A DNA stretch of 63,733 nucleotides, the filler included, from Reclinomonas americana ATCC 50394 (taxonomy: Eukaryota), in the NCBI GenBank assembly GCA_048213135.1. It is 4 parts of 2 records of this genome, joined end to end, with 100 filler letters (N's around TTAATTAATTAA, not from the genome) between each part and the next. Parts side by side here need not be neighbours in the genome. Positions count along the whole stretch, not along the records: positions 1 to 31,610 come from PS015558.1; 3 more parts are not named here. One strand, 5' to 3'. Of the stretch, positions 15,001-27,800 are shown in pieces (position 1 is the first letter of the stretch; each line of letters begins with the position of its first letter). The notes beneath the pieces were generated by a model that had not been told where the DNA came from, made no database searches, and saw nothing but the letters and a program-made list of their open reading frames with translations. Position numbers and translations under genes: made by a program.

Positions 15001-15671
15001 CACAAAAGTCGAGGTCGACAGTGAAATGTTGCTCGGCGACACATTCGCTGTGGTATTGTACACGCAAAAACGATAAGGGACACATTGTGGAGGAGCAGCG
15101 AGTGATATGCACGGCGCACGAAACTCTCGGCGATCGTAAACACCGACTCGGAGTACAGGCCACCGAGGTCGGTGACGCGCACCGTGACCGACAGGTTCGT
15201 ACCCGAGACGCCGGTATTCGCGATGAGCAACTGAGTGCCGACAATGATGAACTGGCCGGTGGTGCTCTGCGCGGTGATGCTGTACGTCAGCTGGTCATTG
15301 CTGTTTGTGTCGGTTGCCGACAGCGTGCCAACGACAGTGTTGGTCATCGTGGTTGGGGCGGTGTAGAACGTGTTGGAGAGAGCCGGAGCCGTGGGAGCAG
15401 AGTTGGCTGTCCATTACACAGCGATGAGTGGTGACGCGATGGGAAAAGGGGAAGCAGCAAAAACAAGCAACGCACCGACGGTCACGTAGACGGTCTCCAG
15501 GCGGCGGTACGGCGTCGATGGAGCAAAACGCAGGCACACGTCGTAGGCTCCACTTGCGGCTGCAAGAGAGAGAGCGACTCGATGAGATGCTCCACATGAT
15601 GGGTGCACAGAGGGAGAGAGTGGGTAGTACGGGGCAAGGAGTACTTGAAATGCAACTAGGCATGACAAAAG

Positions 15672-15712
<41 letters not shown>

Positions 15713-18323
15713 ACAACGCACTTGACGAGGTATTGGCCAGCAAGATAATGGTCGGATACGTGCAAGCCGACTGAGTGATTGAGAACACGGGCGAGCCACT
15801 GCACGGCGTCGCACTGGCAGCGTATCCTCTGGCCGCGGTCGTGTCGATGGGAACATACAGCAAGCCAACGCCCGTCAACGTAATGGCCACAGAACTCGAG
15901 GCGGCGATGTTGCGCGGCGATATCGCGGTCACCGAGACTGTTGGTGCGAGGCAGGGTGAGCGAGAACGGCGAAGGGAAACAGGTGGGTGAGACGAAAAAG
16001 GCGCAACAAACAGAGAACGGATAGGCCGTCATGTACGCCTTGGTCGATGCCCAGCGAATGCACAGCTGGTAGTTGCCTGCCATTTTTGCATTCCCACAAA
16101 GTGAGTGTGAAAGTGTCGCTGCAGACAGCGTTCTTTCTTGCTGCTCACCTCCAGTGGCGCCCGTGGCCACCACAGACAACACCATGGACGTCGGCAGGGT
16201 GGCAGACGTCACCGAGATGGATATGTTGGGCACGATTCTCGGCGCCGAACAGGCCGTACTGGAGATGATGGCACCATTTGCGTCGCCGGAGATGCTAGTC
16301 ATGCCACAGCCGGTGATAGTGACACTGGTCGTGCTGGTCGCCGCAATCACTCGCGGCTGCACGACATACACAGCGGCTGCAATGCGGGTGAAGGCGAGAA
16401 TGTAAGCACTGCAGTACGCAAGAGAGGATGAGACACGGCATGCCACGTACCCGGATCGGCCAGAATCTGCATGTAGTGCTCTCCCTGTGGTGTGTGGCAG
16501 GCACAGGTGAGTTTAAGCGCGGCGTATTTATGATGGAGGCAGCGAGCACGACGCACCTGTTGTGCGTAGATCAGTGCATTTGAGCCCGGGAACGCGGCAA
16601 CACCAGACGGGTTGGTGACGGTGCCACTGCGCAGTAGGTGCATAATATTGAGTATTCTTGTGATTAGCATCATGTTTAACCAACATGTACCTCGCAGGCG
16701 ACAGTGTGTCGACGTAGTTGATCGCGTATCGCAGGCGTCGAATGGCAGATGCGCCCTGCGAAGCACAGTAGCAGTGAGCGATCGCGGAGAGTCAAACATC
16801 GGACGGTGGCGTGAACGCAACTCTGTCGGCAATAAACACATCGCCACCACTGTTCACATCTACATCGTCCGGCTGTACAAACATGGCCGTCGTCGTGGCC
16901 GGACCGTCCAGGTATCCACTCCCGCTGGTGCCAGCCACAGTCGAGACCGTGGCTAATCAACACAGTGTCATTTTTCGGGTGAGTGTTTGAGAGAAGGAGA
17001 ATACACGCACCAGTGGTGGATGTCAGCAGACGAATGAGATAGTCGCTGCCGGTCGTCAGCAACTGCGTGGTCGACTGGAGGGCGACGGAGATCGGGCCGG
17101 CAAAGGTGGCTGACGTGAAGGAGCCGTCAGCAGAGCCCGAGGAACCGTTGCCGGCATATGTGTACACAGTGGATGACAGGAGGTCGATGCGGCGGATCAC
17201 CCGCGACGCCTGCAGTGGCGGAAGTGAGAAAATTGCAAAAGGAGTTGAGAGAGACAGGAGGAGGGAGAGAAAGGGAGAGAATGATAGGGAAAGAGGGAGG
17301 CGACAGCATATCTACACACACGCACACACACACACTCACCGGATCAGCAATATACAGGTTGCGTGATGTCGAGTCGAGCACCATGCCGCGCGGTGACCTG
17401 CAGAGTTACAGGTCGAGGTTGAGCGGTGAAGGCAAGGAGAGAACCCGAGACGAGCAAAACGCACTCAAAGCTAGCGGAGAGCACGGGGCCGTCAGTGAGA
17501 CCGCCGCCGCCGGTGCCAGCCAGCGTGGTCACCAATCGCGTGTTGAAAGACAGCGCCTTGATTTTACGGTTGTTTGTGTCCGCCACGTAAATCATGCGCA
17601 AGACCTCGTCGAGGGCGATGCCACTTGGATTATTGTAGCGCGCCGAAGTCCAGATGGCATCTGCGGTGTGTAGCGTTAGAAAAACCGTGACAGCACTTTA
17701 TGAGAGCGACGAACGCACTTGTATCGCCGGCTGAACCGTCAGTCGTTCCGGACAGTGAGCCGGTGTATCCTGCCGAACGAGAACAGCGAACTGAGTGAGT
17801 GCAACGATCGCACACAACACTTACGGCGTGAGCGCATGCCACGCACCAAACGTGGTAATAAAGCCGACATAGTTGCGTTGACTNNNNNNNNNNNNNNNNN
17901 NNNNNNNNNNNNNNNNNNNNNNNNNNNNNNNNNNNNNNNNNNNNNNNNNNNNNNNNNNNNNNNNNNNNNNNNNNNNNNNNNNNNNNNNNNNNNNNNNNNN
18001 NNNNNNNNNNNNNNNNNNNNNNNNNNNNNNNNNNNNNNNNNNNNNNNNNNNNNNNNNNNNNNNNNNNNNNNNNNNNNNNNNNNNNNNNNNNNNNNNNNNN
18101 NNNNNNNNNNNNNNNNNNNNNNNNNNNNNNNNNNNNNNNNNNNNNNNNNNNNNNNNNNNNNNNNNNNNNNNNNNNNNNNNNNNNNNNNNNNNNNNNNNNN
18201 NNNNNNNNNNNNNNNNNNNNNNNNNNNNNNNNNNNNNNNNNNNNNNNNNNNNNNNNNNNNNNNNNNNNNNNNNNNNNNNNNNNNNNNNNNNNNNNNNNNN
18301 NNNNNNNNNNNNNNNNNNNNNNN

Positions 18324-18393
<70 letters not shown>

Positions 18394-19467
18394 ATAAGCA
18401 CAGTCTTTCGAGGCACTCAAGAGATGAGCGCGCACGCACCAAGATCGGCGGGACTGGCCACATAATTACTCGTCGCAGCGATGAATGTGGTGGGCGTACT
18501 GCCAACCCCATTGCCAGCTATCCGACACAGAGAGAATGCTGTGTGACAGACAAAACAAGTCAGTCAGGCCGTTGTGGATTGTGCCCAAAGAAAACAAGGG
18601 AAACTTGCCTTCGGCGTCGATGGTGAAGGTGACATCGACGGAGGCGCCGCCGGGGTCAGTCGCGCGCAGAATGACCTACGCGAGAGGTTATTGGCGAGAG
18701 GAGAGGGGAAGGGAGGAGAAGAAGAAGAAGAAGAAGAAGAGGAGGAGGAGGAGGAGGAGGAGGAGGAGGAGGAGGAGAGTGGAGAGGAGACAACGTGAGA
18801 TGGTGAGAAAGTGAAAAGGGAGGTGGTGGTGGTGGACCAAACGAGAGCAGCGAGAGAGTGAGAGAGAAGCCTCCGCATCTCCAGTCTGCTCGCATCCACT
18901 CCCACTCTGTCTCACAACCACTTCTCCACTCTGTCTCTCCAATGCCCAGAGCGACAACATGAGCCGTCAAACGAGATCCTTCTCTCTTCCTCTCTTCCTC
19001 TCCTCATCTCCCTCGCACCTGCAACCCCGACCCTGTCAACCCCGGCGCCGCCGCGACATTCGACACCAGTCTATTGGTCGACGCAATGGCAAACTTGGCG
19101 GCGTCGGTGCCACCGACGACTGCAATCACATGCAGACCGGCGTCACCCGCATCTGGATCAGTGACACTCACAGTGGCAATAACGTAGCCGCTGGTGGCGA
19201 ATCCATCGGCGCGGTACGTCGATCGCGAGAGGTAGATGGCAGAGGGAGCAGAGTTGACGATCCCTGAATGTGTGGGCAAATGCGTGATCACGATTTACGC
19301 GCCAAAAATCAGTGACCAGAGAACATGACGGATGGACGCAGTGCGCGTGTGTGTGCGTGTGAGGGTGGGTGATTCCACTCACCAGTGGCACAGACAGTGC
19401 ACGCGAGAGAGAGGAGCAGCAGCAGCAGCAGCAGTGAGAGTAGTCTACACAAGCGTACTCTACACAT
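57..19467 (-). CDS. Giant multi-exon polycystin-1/REJ-like receptor: signal peptide, cadherin-like, NHL repeats, IPT-like, cadherin-like array with PA14, FN3 x3, REJ, GAIN/GPS, TM helices. 3' end runs off the window; two internal gaps
   Basis: The ATG at 19467 starts MCRVRLCRLLSLLLLLLLLSLACTVCATG. About 55 GT/GC-AG introns keep the frame. Motifs: NHL (IYVADTNNRKIK, LYIADPASRVIRRID, VFIADRGASAIRR), FN3 (YSARVRATN, YVFTVCAVN, YRVRTALVN), REJ (ISPDSGTAWQTSFTFSATGF, VRIQDKFGA), GPS (CQYWN...FATDG...CAATHMTEFSV), then a TM segment and the PKD-type EHVWVTAV...TFRRPQKLT plus further TMs. Confidence 0.85.
6950..15405 (-). repeat. Tandem array of about 22 cadherin-like exons (~290-300 nt each) separated by phase-1 introns
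   Basis: Repeated unit xAPTDITLSSxTYxPPT...VGTLxAxDxN..TFxYSIVGG..FxIxGxxL....GQxGxxLxVxVRxTDSxG..FxxxFxINE, with an intron at the same position in each copy. One further copy lies at about 18610-19264. Confidence 0.9.
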
Positions 19468-19991
19468 GCTGTGGAAGTCGAACACACACGCGCGCACACG
19501 TGCACACACACAAACACACACACTGTTGATGCGAGAATGAGTGGGGGTGTGGTGCGTTTGACTGCTGCACTTCTCGCGCGCGCGAAGTGTGTATGTGAGT
19601 TAGTCAGTTCCGTATTAGGTGAGTAGTGTAGCGGATTCGAATTCGCTCGCATGCAACGTGCAGGGTGCAATTAAAAAAGATTGCACGTGGGCCACAAGCA
19701 GCAGTGCTGATGATTGTGGTGAGGTATATGAGCCTGCTGCCCAGCTGCAGCGGCTGTCGATTTTTCTTCACTCGTCCGGAAAATGATCAGCTGTCGCTGC
19801 ATTGCCCACCAGCACACGCATGAGACAGTAAACATGCGTGTGGTTTCCTCAGCATTCGTCTCTCCCTCCCTGCCTGGTACATGCACGTGTTCACCGCGAT
19901 TGTTGTCTCTGTTTTTTCGAATCTGGCATACGCTGCGCACTCCCACACGCAAGCAAGTGCTCGAACTCCACGACACGACTGGCAAACGAGT

Positions 19992-21258
19992 CTACATTCT
20001 GTCTCCTCGCCACTCCTCTCCACTGTCACCATCAGAGAGGGACGATTCGTCAACATCGTCATGACCGCGGTCACACGATCGCGATTGTGCGGCATTCGCG
20101 CCCCCACCGCCGCCACGGGCGCGTCTCACTGAGCGCTGATAGTCCGGGTGCTGCTGCAGTGCCGACAGCACCTGGTCGTAGGTCAGACGAGGGAAGCTCA
20201 CGGGCTGCAACGGCGCCGCCAGCGCATGCATATGGGCCGCTGCTGGCGCTAGCACCGCCTGCAGCTGCGCGTCGACGTGCGAGCTCATTGCAACGGCTGG
20301 TGGTGGTGGTGGGGGTGGTGGTGGTGGTGGCGGTACTGGCATGGCAGTGTGTGGGGCCGGCCAAGACTGCAGCTGTGAAGGCGCCGAAAGTGGTGGCAGT
20401 GCTGGTGGTGGGATAATCACACGAGATTGTCGCGCCCACGTCTCAGTGCGCGATGCAGCAGCGCTAGCAGCAGCAGTGGCAGGCACAATGGGTTGCAACA
20501 CCGTCACGGTGGCCGTGGACGCGTGAGACAAGGTGGGTGTCACGGCCTGTCGCTGTTGTGGGTGGTGTGGATCCGGATCCGGATTCGAACTCGCACTGCC
20601 ACCGAGCACGTTTTGCCGCATGGCGTTGAACGAGGCTGCCTCCATCTCTGCTGGCGAACTCGGGCCAGCAGCAATGGCGGCAACGGCCAGAGGGAGAGAG
20701 ACGCCACGCTGCGCCACACACATCGCAGCGAACAATGTCAGTATCTGAACAAAGGGAAGAAAAACAAGACACACCACGCACAATAAAACAGTGTGTGATA
20801 AGCGCTCTGTGTGTGCGTGTGTGCGTGTGTGTGTGTGCGAGCTAGTGATGTGCGCTCCCAGCGTCCACAAGATGCGAGTCAACCGAAGAACAAAGCAACA
20901 AATATGGCGAAAAGCTCTGCCTCTTCGGCGAAAGGCGCTCATAACTCACCACGAATCGCTCGTCGGGCGACATGCCGGAGTCATGACACACGCGCTTCCC
21001 CACGCCGAGGTCGCCGGTGAGCAAGGAGGAAGGGCGCCGATGGCCTCCAGGCGAATCCGGCGGGCGATGTTTCCGAACATGCTTGTCATGGGTTCGAGGT
21101 GTCTGCTGTCTCTTTTTCTGTGGTGGTTCACCGCTCTCCCGCGCCGTGTCCACTGCAGGCGGCAGTGGGCGTTTGCGTCCCTGCCGTGGCCGTGCAGCCG
21201 CACTCGCTGCCGCAGGTGGTGGCGGTGGTGGCGGCGCGGATGGTGGTGGGGTGGTCAT
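19992..21258 (-). CDS. Hypothetical Pro/Ala-rich protein with at least 2 exons
   Basis: Starts MTTPPPSAPPP...PPQKKRQQ (NLS-like). GTG|GTGAGT donor near 20948, then the long ORF 19992-20942. Confidence 0.45.
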
Positions 21259-21592
21259 GTCTCGCGACAAAGCGATAAAGTATTTGAAATACCAGCCCGC
21301 GGGGGAACAGCGCGAATCTTGGACCGTCCAGCATTTCTCCGTCATCCATTCGATAGCCATTGTCGGACTGCTACTCTTTTTTCGTGAGGGGGCGGGAATA
21401 TGAGTGGCCGTGGATTCCCAGTTGTCCGCCGCGGAGGTTATCACGTCGGCTCAGTTTCGGACTCTTTGAGGAGCAATTGGTCGCCAATATCTGGCCATGG
21501 ATGCAGCTTGTCTCTGCTTCGTGGTATTGTCAATTGCAAGCAAATTCGAGTTCATTCATCTTCAGGCACGATCGACGAAAGGGGAAAACAAG

Positions 21593-21594
<2 letters not shown>

Positions 21595-21663
<69 letters not shown>

Positions 21664-21699
21664 AGAAGAACGAACGAACGACGACGTACGTACGTACGT

Positions 21700-21732
<33 letters not shown>

Positions 21733-21758
21733 TACGTACGTACGACGACGACGAGAGA

Positions 21759-21789
<31 letters not shown>

Positions 21790-21800
21790 GAGAGAGAGAT
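21595..21800. repeat. Compound microsatellite (GA)n-(GAA)-(TACG)n-(GAC)n
   Basis: Directly visible in the sequence. Confidence 0.95.
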
Positions 21801-21983
21801 AGAACAAAAAAGGCACACTCGGCACTTTGGTCAAGCGCACGAGGAGCAAGAGGACTCCTCCGTCTCCAAGGGAAAGGAGGAGGAGAAAATCGACGTGGCC
21901 CACACAGCAGCAGCTCCGACCCAGCAATATAACAAGTAACTGGAATCGATGCACGCGAAGAGGGAGGGGGGAAGCAACAACAA

Positions 21984-23394
21984 CTACACCAGTTCCATGC
22001 CCTCCAAGCGGCGCACATCCTCCTCGAACGGAACATGCCGTTGCGGCGTCGGGTGCGGCACCTCCGCGATGAATTGCTTCAGTCGGTCGGCGTTGTTGTT
22101 GTCGGAGGCCATGTCGCCTCGGTGGGTCAGCGCATGCGCCTGCAGCTGCTTCTTCAGCAGCACTTGGTGGTCGCGAGGCTCGTACCGCGCAGTGGCCATT
22201 GCCGTCACATGACTGTGGTTGCTGCTGCTGCTGGTGTTGATGGTGTTGGACAGGTGGAGGGCGGTCCGCAGGCGATGCAATGCGCGCTGCGTGTCGAGCG
22301 ACACTGTTGGGACTGGTGGCAGTGCGGCATCGGTTCCGCTGCCTGCGGCTGTAGCTGCTGTAGAAGGCGTTGCTGGTGGCGGACCCTGCGGCAACAACGG
22401 CGGCAGCGCAAACAACGCCTGCAGCCGTGCACCGCGCACACTGCAGGCGGCGACCGCGTACCGCGCCGACATGGTGCCGTTGCTGGGCAGTCGTGGCAAC
22501 GGCGTGTACGTGGGATGGAATGATGCCGACGGCGGCGGTGGCGGCAGCTTCTTGCTCTCGACCAGGACCACCTCGTGGGGTGAGGCCGGTGGTGAGATCG
22601 AGGATGAGATGCTGGACAAGTCGCTCTCCGGCATCACATCCACGCTGCTGGAGCCCGACAGTCCACAGCTGGCATCAGTGTGCGTCGCCGCGCATAGCTG
22701 ATCAAACTCCCGCCGCCCCACCACCATGGGTCCCACTTTCGGTCGGAATCCGCCGGCCATAACCTTGCTAAAGGCCGACTTGCCGAGCGAGCCAGGTGCA
22801 GCGACTTCCGCCGCATCGTCGCTGTCGACTACCACTTGCGGAGGTGGTGGCGTCGTGGCAGTGCTCCTGCACCGCGGAGTTGTCGACAGCAACGGCAGTG
22901 GTCCGCCCGTGAGACCACCGTACACGCCGAATGCTCGTGGCTGAGTGTGCATGACACGTGAGCGCTTGACGGAAAGAGGCTCCGCACCGCAAACATGTGA
23001 TCGACTCACCGTATAGTCGTCGCTGCTGTCGCAAGCGTCGCACTCGACAGGCCCATTGTAGGTCCACTTGAATGTTCCGTGTGTCGACATGAGCGAGAAC
23101 TGTGGCGGTGGAACGAAAATGAGCCATCGCTCCCTCCACGCCTCAACGTGTGCATGTCCTCTCCACTCCTCCGCCGAACCACGCACGCACCTTTGTCTTC
23201 TTCGCGCTGACTGTCGTCGTTGTCACAGTGGAGGAGGTCGTTGTTGGTGGTGCACCAGTGGTTGTCGACGATGACAGAGTGGTGGGCGTCAGAGGTCCAT
23301 GCTGTTCGCTGGCCAGCGGTTGCTGATCAAGCTTCCCTCTCCTTGACGACACCTGTCCCGACTCGACTCCCGTGCACGAGGTGCAAGCGCCCAT
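21984..23394 (-). CDS. Hypothetical protein with possible N-myristoylation start (MGACTSC); 3' end unresolved
   Basis: ATG at 23394, donors AAG|GTGCGT and ACG|GTGAGT, and the long ORF 21984-23186. Confidence 0.5.
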
Positions 23395-24185
23395 GACAGC
23401 AACAGATAAACAATGTGCGTGGCCGTTGGCTTTCCACAATGTGCGCGTGTGCGTGAGTGCTGTGCGTTGACGCGGTGGGGGAGGCGCCGAGTGACCTCCG
23501 CTTCGCGCGCGTGTCAACACAAAAACGATTTCGATGTATGACACCTCCGTTTGACGACGAGCATCGGAGAAACTTGTCGTTTGTATGTGCATGTGCGTGG
23601 ATTGCAGGTGTGTGCGGCAGGATGGCAGACAAGGAGGGAGAGAGAGAGAGGGAAAGGAGAGTGAGAGAGAAAGAGAAAGGAGGGAGAAAAATCGAGAAAA
23701 GAAGAACATCTCGGGCAGGAACGTACGAAAACAATGGGACGCGTGATCAAGTAGCAGGGACACAGAAGGCGACACTGCACATGCATGTGTGCACGTGCGC
23801 GACTACCACCACCGCAAAGTCACGATTTTGCCACACTGATGCACGCGACGTTCCTCGTCCACTGCTGCACTCCACTCCACACACACACACCATGTGTGCA
23901 CACACGCACACACACTCACACACATGCACACGCACGCACAGCGACAGCCAAGCAACGCGCATCTCCACTGCAAAAAAATCACGATTTTTGCACGCGACGT
24001 TCATCGTTCACCACACTCCACTCCACACACTCTCTCTCACACACACGCGTGCGCGCACCCTCACACACAGCCAACTACATCCGTCGCTCACACATCCTCT
24101 CTCGCACAACGCGTCAATGTCCGCGACGTCACGCGACCGTTAAACCGCTGCTTATCAATATCGAAAGCACAGCAATTGGTTTTCA

Positions 24186-24759
24186 ATGACAAGCACACGC
24201 CGTCACCAGGCTCGTGCCCCCGCATCGCATCACAAATCACATGACTCGCTTACCTCGCCACTCACAGACGACGTCCAGTGCTTCGTCGGGAAGCAGCAAT
24301 GGTCGGCTGCGAGTGACGATCGAGTCGTGTCACATTCCGCCCTTTGCCGACGACATGCCTCACGCGTTGCCGATCATTCCGGCCGCTTCCGGCTTGGTCT
24401 CTGCCTCGACGGTGCTCGATCCGGGAGAGCTGTTGCAGCGGGCGCTGATGGCAGCGGGCGGGCGGCTTATTCGCAATCGGCAGTCGAGGGAGCGTGTGGC
24501 GGTGGTGCTGCGCAAGGCCGAGTCGGTGGCGATGCTGTTGGATATGTTTTGGTGGATTGTCGCCGATGTGCAGAAGGTGGGGTGGGGAGGGGAAGGAGGA
24601 GATGAAGGGGAAGAGATGAAGGGAAGAGAGATGGCGACGAGGCAAGCGATCGTCGATGGTGTGTTGAAGCTGGAGGAGATAAAGAGAGAGAGAGGGGGGA
24701 AGGAGAGAGAGGATCAAAGCAGAGAGAGAGAGAGACAACGAAAGAAGAAGAGAGAGAGC

Positions 24760-24811
<52 letters not shown>

Positions 24812-27800
24812 GAGGAGGAGGAGGAGAGACGACGACGACGGAGGAGGAGTAGTNNNNNNNNNNNNNNNNNNNNNNNNNNNNNNNNNNNNNNNNNNNNNNN
24901 NNNNNNNNNNNNNNNNNNNNNNNNNNNNNNNNNNNNNNNNNNNNNNNNNNNNNNNNNNNNNNNNNNNNNNNNNNNNNNNNNNNNNNNNNNNNNNNNNNNN
25001 NNNNNNNNNNNNNNNNNNNNNNNNNNNNNNNNNNNNNNNNNNNNNNNNNNNNNNNNNNNNNNNNNNNNNNNNNNNNNNNNNNNNNNNNNNNNNNNNNNNN
25101 NNNNNNNNNNNNNNNNNNNNNNNNNNNNNNNNNNNNNNNNNNNNNNNNNNNNNNNNNNNNNNNNNNNNNNNNNNNNNNNNNNNNNNNNNNNNNNNNNNNN
25201 NNNNNNNNNNNNNNNNNNNNNNNNNNNNNNNNNNNNNNNNNNNNNNNNNNNNNNNNNNNNNNNNNNNNNNNNNNNNNNNNNNNNNNNNNNNNNNNNNNNN
25301 NNNNNNNNNNNNNNNNNNNNNNNNNNNNNNNNNNNNNNNNNNNNNNNNNNNNNNNNNNNNNNNNNNNNNNNNNNNNNNNNNNNNNNNNNNNNNNNNNNNN
25401 NNNNNNNNNNNNNNNNNNNNNNNNNNNNNNNNNNNNNNNNNNNNNNNNNNNNNNNNNNNNNNNNNNNNNNNNNNNNNNNNNNNNNNNNNNNNNNNNNNNN
25501 NNNNNNNNNNNNNNNNNNNNNNNNNNNNNNNNNNNNNNNNNNNNNNNNNNNNNNNNNNNNNNNNNNNNNNNNNNNNNNNNNNNNNNNNNNNNNNNNNNNN
25601 NNNNNNNNNNNNNNNNNNNNNNNNNNNNNNNNNNNNNNNNNNNNNNNNNNNNNNNNNNNNNNNNNNNNNNNNNNNNNNNNNNNNNNNNNNNNNNNNNNNN
25701 NNNNNNNNNNNNNNNNNNNNNNNNNNNNNNNNNNNNNNNNNNGGAAAGGGAGCGAGAGATATCGAGAGAGAAATGAGAGTGAGAGCAAGAGATAACGAGA
25801 AGAAGAGTGCGTGTGTGGAGAGTGAATGATCTCAGTTGTGCAGAAGGCGGACAGACAGTGGCGAAGAGAATGAACGAGAGACAAGGGGCGATAACGGCGG
25901 AGATTTGGCATCGTCTGAAGATGGGCGAGAGAGAAAGGCAACGAGGTGAGCGATTGTCGCTGGTGTATGGGGCGCTGGAGGAGGAGACAGGCAACGAGAC
26001 AACGGTGATTTGCGATCGCCTCGTACAGAAGGCAAGATAGATGGTGGAGAACAAACAGTCGAGAGGATAGAAAGAGACAAGCGAGCGATGGAGAGAAAGT
26101 AACAGCAAGACCGGTAACTTTCTTCACAACTATATGACTTCTCACCACTTTGCATCTCACTGCTCTTCTCGTTTCAGCGCCGTGGTCGGAACAAGGAGAA
26201 GCTGTTTGATCGAGTGTCGCACAACTACTGCACCATGATGATGCAGATGGATTCGCCGCAGTTCAAGCAACTGTTCGAGGAGGTCCCGCGCATGTCTTTT
26301 GTGTCGCTACTGCTTCTGGACTTCCGAGACTGATTTTCTCTTGCAGAAACATCCGCCCATTCTCGCTCACGCTCTTTACTTGGCGCTCAACGAAGTTGCG
26401 CTGCTCGTTCTCGCGGTCGCGGTCGTCGTTCTTTCACGTCGCTCACTCACCTGTTTGTTGCGAGCGCAGTCGTTTCCTGACTCGACCGCCACGATTGTCA
26501 ATCCCGATTTTCAAGAGTACCTGGTCCGACTGGTGTTCCAGTGGCTCGTTGGTGCATTCCAATGTTTTTCCTCTCCTGCGCACGCTGGCTCCTCAACCAC
26601 GAGCACTCTCCCCCACAGGCATGTCGCCGGCCACATTCGACTTTAGCCCGTGGGCTGGTGATGTGCAAATCGGTGAGTCGCCGCAGAACACTCTCCTCCT
26701 CCCTGATTTCTCGTCTGTTCATGGTGCGCCAGATGACACGCTCGCCTCTGCTCTGCGGGGACCCGTGACTTCGGTCATTACGTTTCCTGACACTGGCACC
26801 GTGCGCAAGGAAGAGGTGCTGCTGCTGCTGCTGCTGCACCCCAAGTCATCTCGGAAACTATTTTCCACTGACTCTCTTCTCCCTCAGGTGCAGTCCGTGT
26901 CGCCGAGGCCAGCAGGGGCGTCAGTGCGCTTCAGCACATCGCACCTGGCGGCTGGCGACGGCGGCGGAAGCCAGAGTGCGCGCTCCGCAGCCAGCTCGTC
27001 GTCGGTGGTGTCGTCGTCGACAACAACATCGGCGACTACAGCCGCGTCCACCATCTCCGATCCACCACCGCCCATGGGGCACACTGGAGTCGTGCACTTC
27101 GGCTCCAACCCCTCGACCGACACCCTCAGCTTCAATCTCAAGTCCCGCAGTCCGCTAGTCACGCACTTCCTGGCCAAGCACAAGTCTCGGAGGAAAGAGC
27201 ACGCACAGAAGCAAGTGGCGAGTGCGCGACCTCGGCGGTGGAGTGCGACGTCGAGAGATTCGGAACTCACCGTGTCCGTGTCGATGAAGGAGCAGGAGGA
27301 TGAGAACTTGATGGTGGTACGTTCCAGCAGCCAAGGGTTCATGCACTCCCCCTCATCTCTTTTTCTCACATATCGAATCAGGCGGATCCATATGCGGAAC
27401 TCGCCAGACTTAGCAGCGGCGGCATGCAGACCTACGTGCCCAGTCTGCCGGGCGCTGAACGGTTTGCACTGTCGTTGCGCGTGGCTGTGCGAACGAGTCT
27501 GCTGACCCAGTGTTTCTCCCTGCTTGCAGAAGAAAACGCCCAGGCAGCAATGCGCCTGTGCAACTGTCTTCGCGCTCGTCGTCCACGGTGGACAGCGAGC
27601 GGACCATGGTGGAGGTGACGGAGGGAGCCAAGCCGTCACGTGCGCTGTCGACCTCTGCACGACTGAAGGTTCACCGCACGAGTGACTCTCTTCCTTGTTC
27701 GTGCCACGGTGCCTTACACGCGACAGCAGTTGCAGCGCAACCTCTCATTTACGGGATTGCGAGGCACAGTAAGCGCTCGTGATTCGGAGTCATCGGCCAC

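Noticed and set aside
6950..15405. ~350-nt periodicity as a CRISPR or satellite array
   Set aside because: Similarity is at the protein level and is explained by exon-plus-intron domain duplication.
21360..21954. Poly-ER, LS and VC ORFs here and at 39471-41414 and 42912-43372
   Set aside because: These are translations of GA, CA and GAC microsatellites or run through N gaps.
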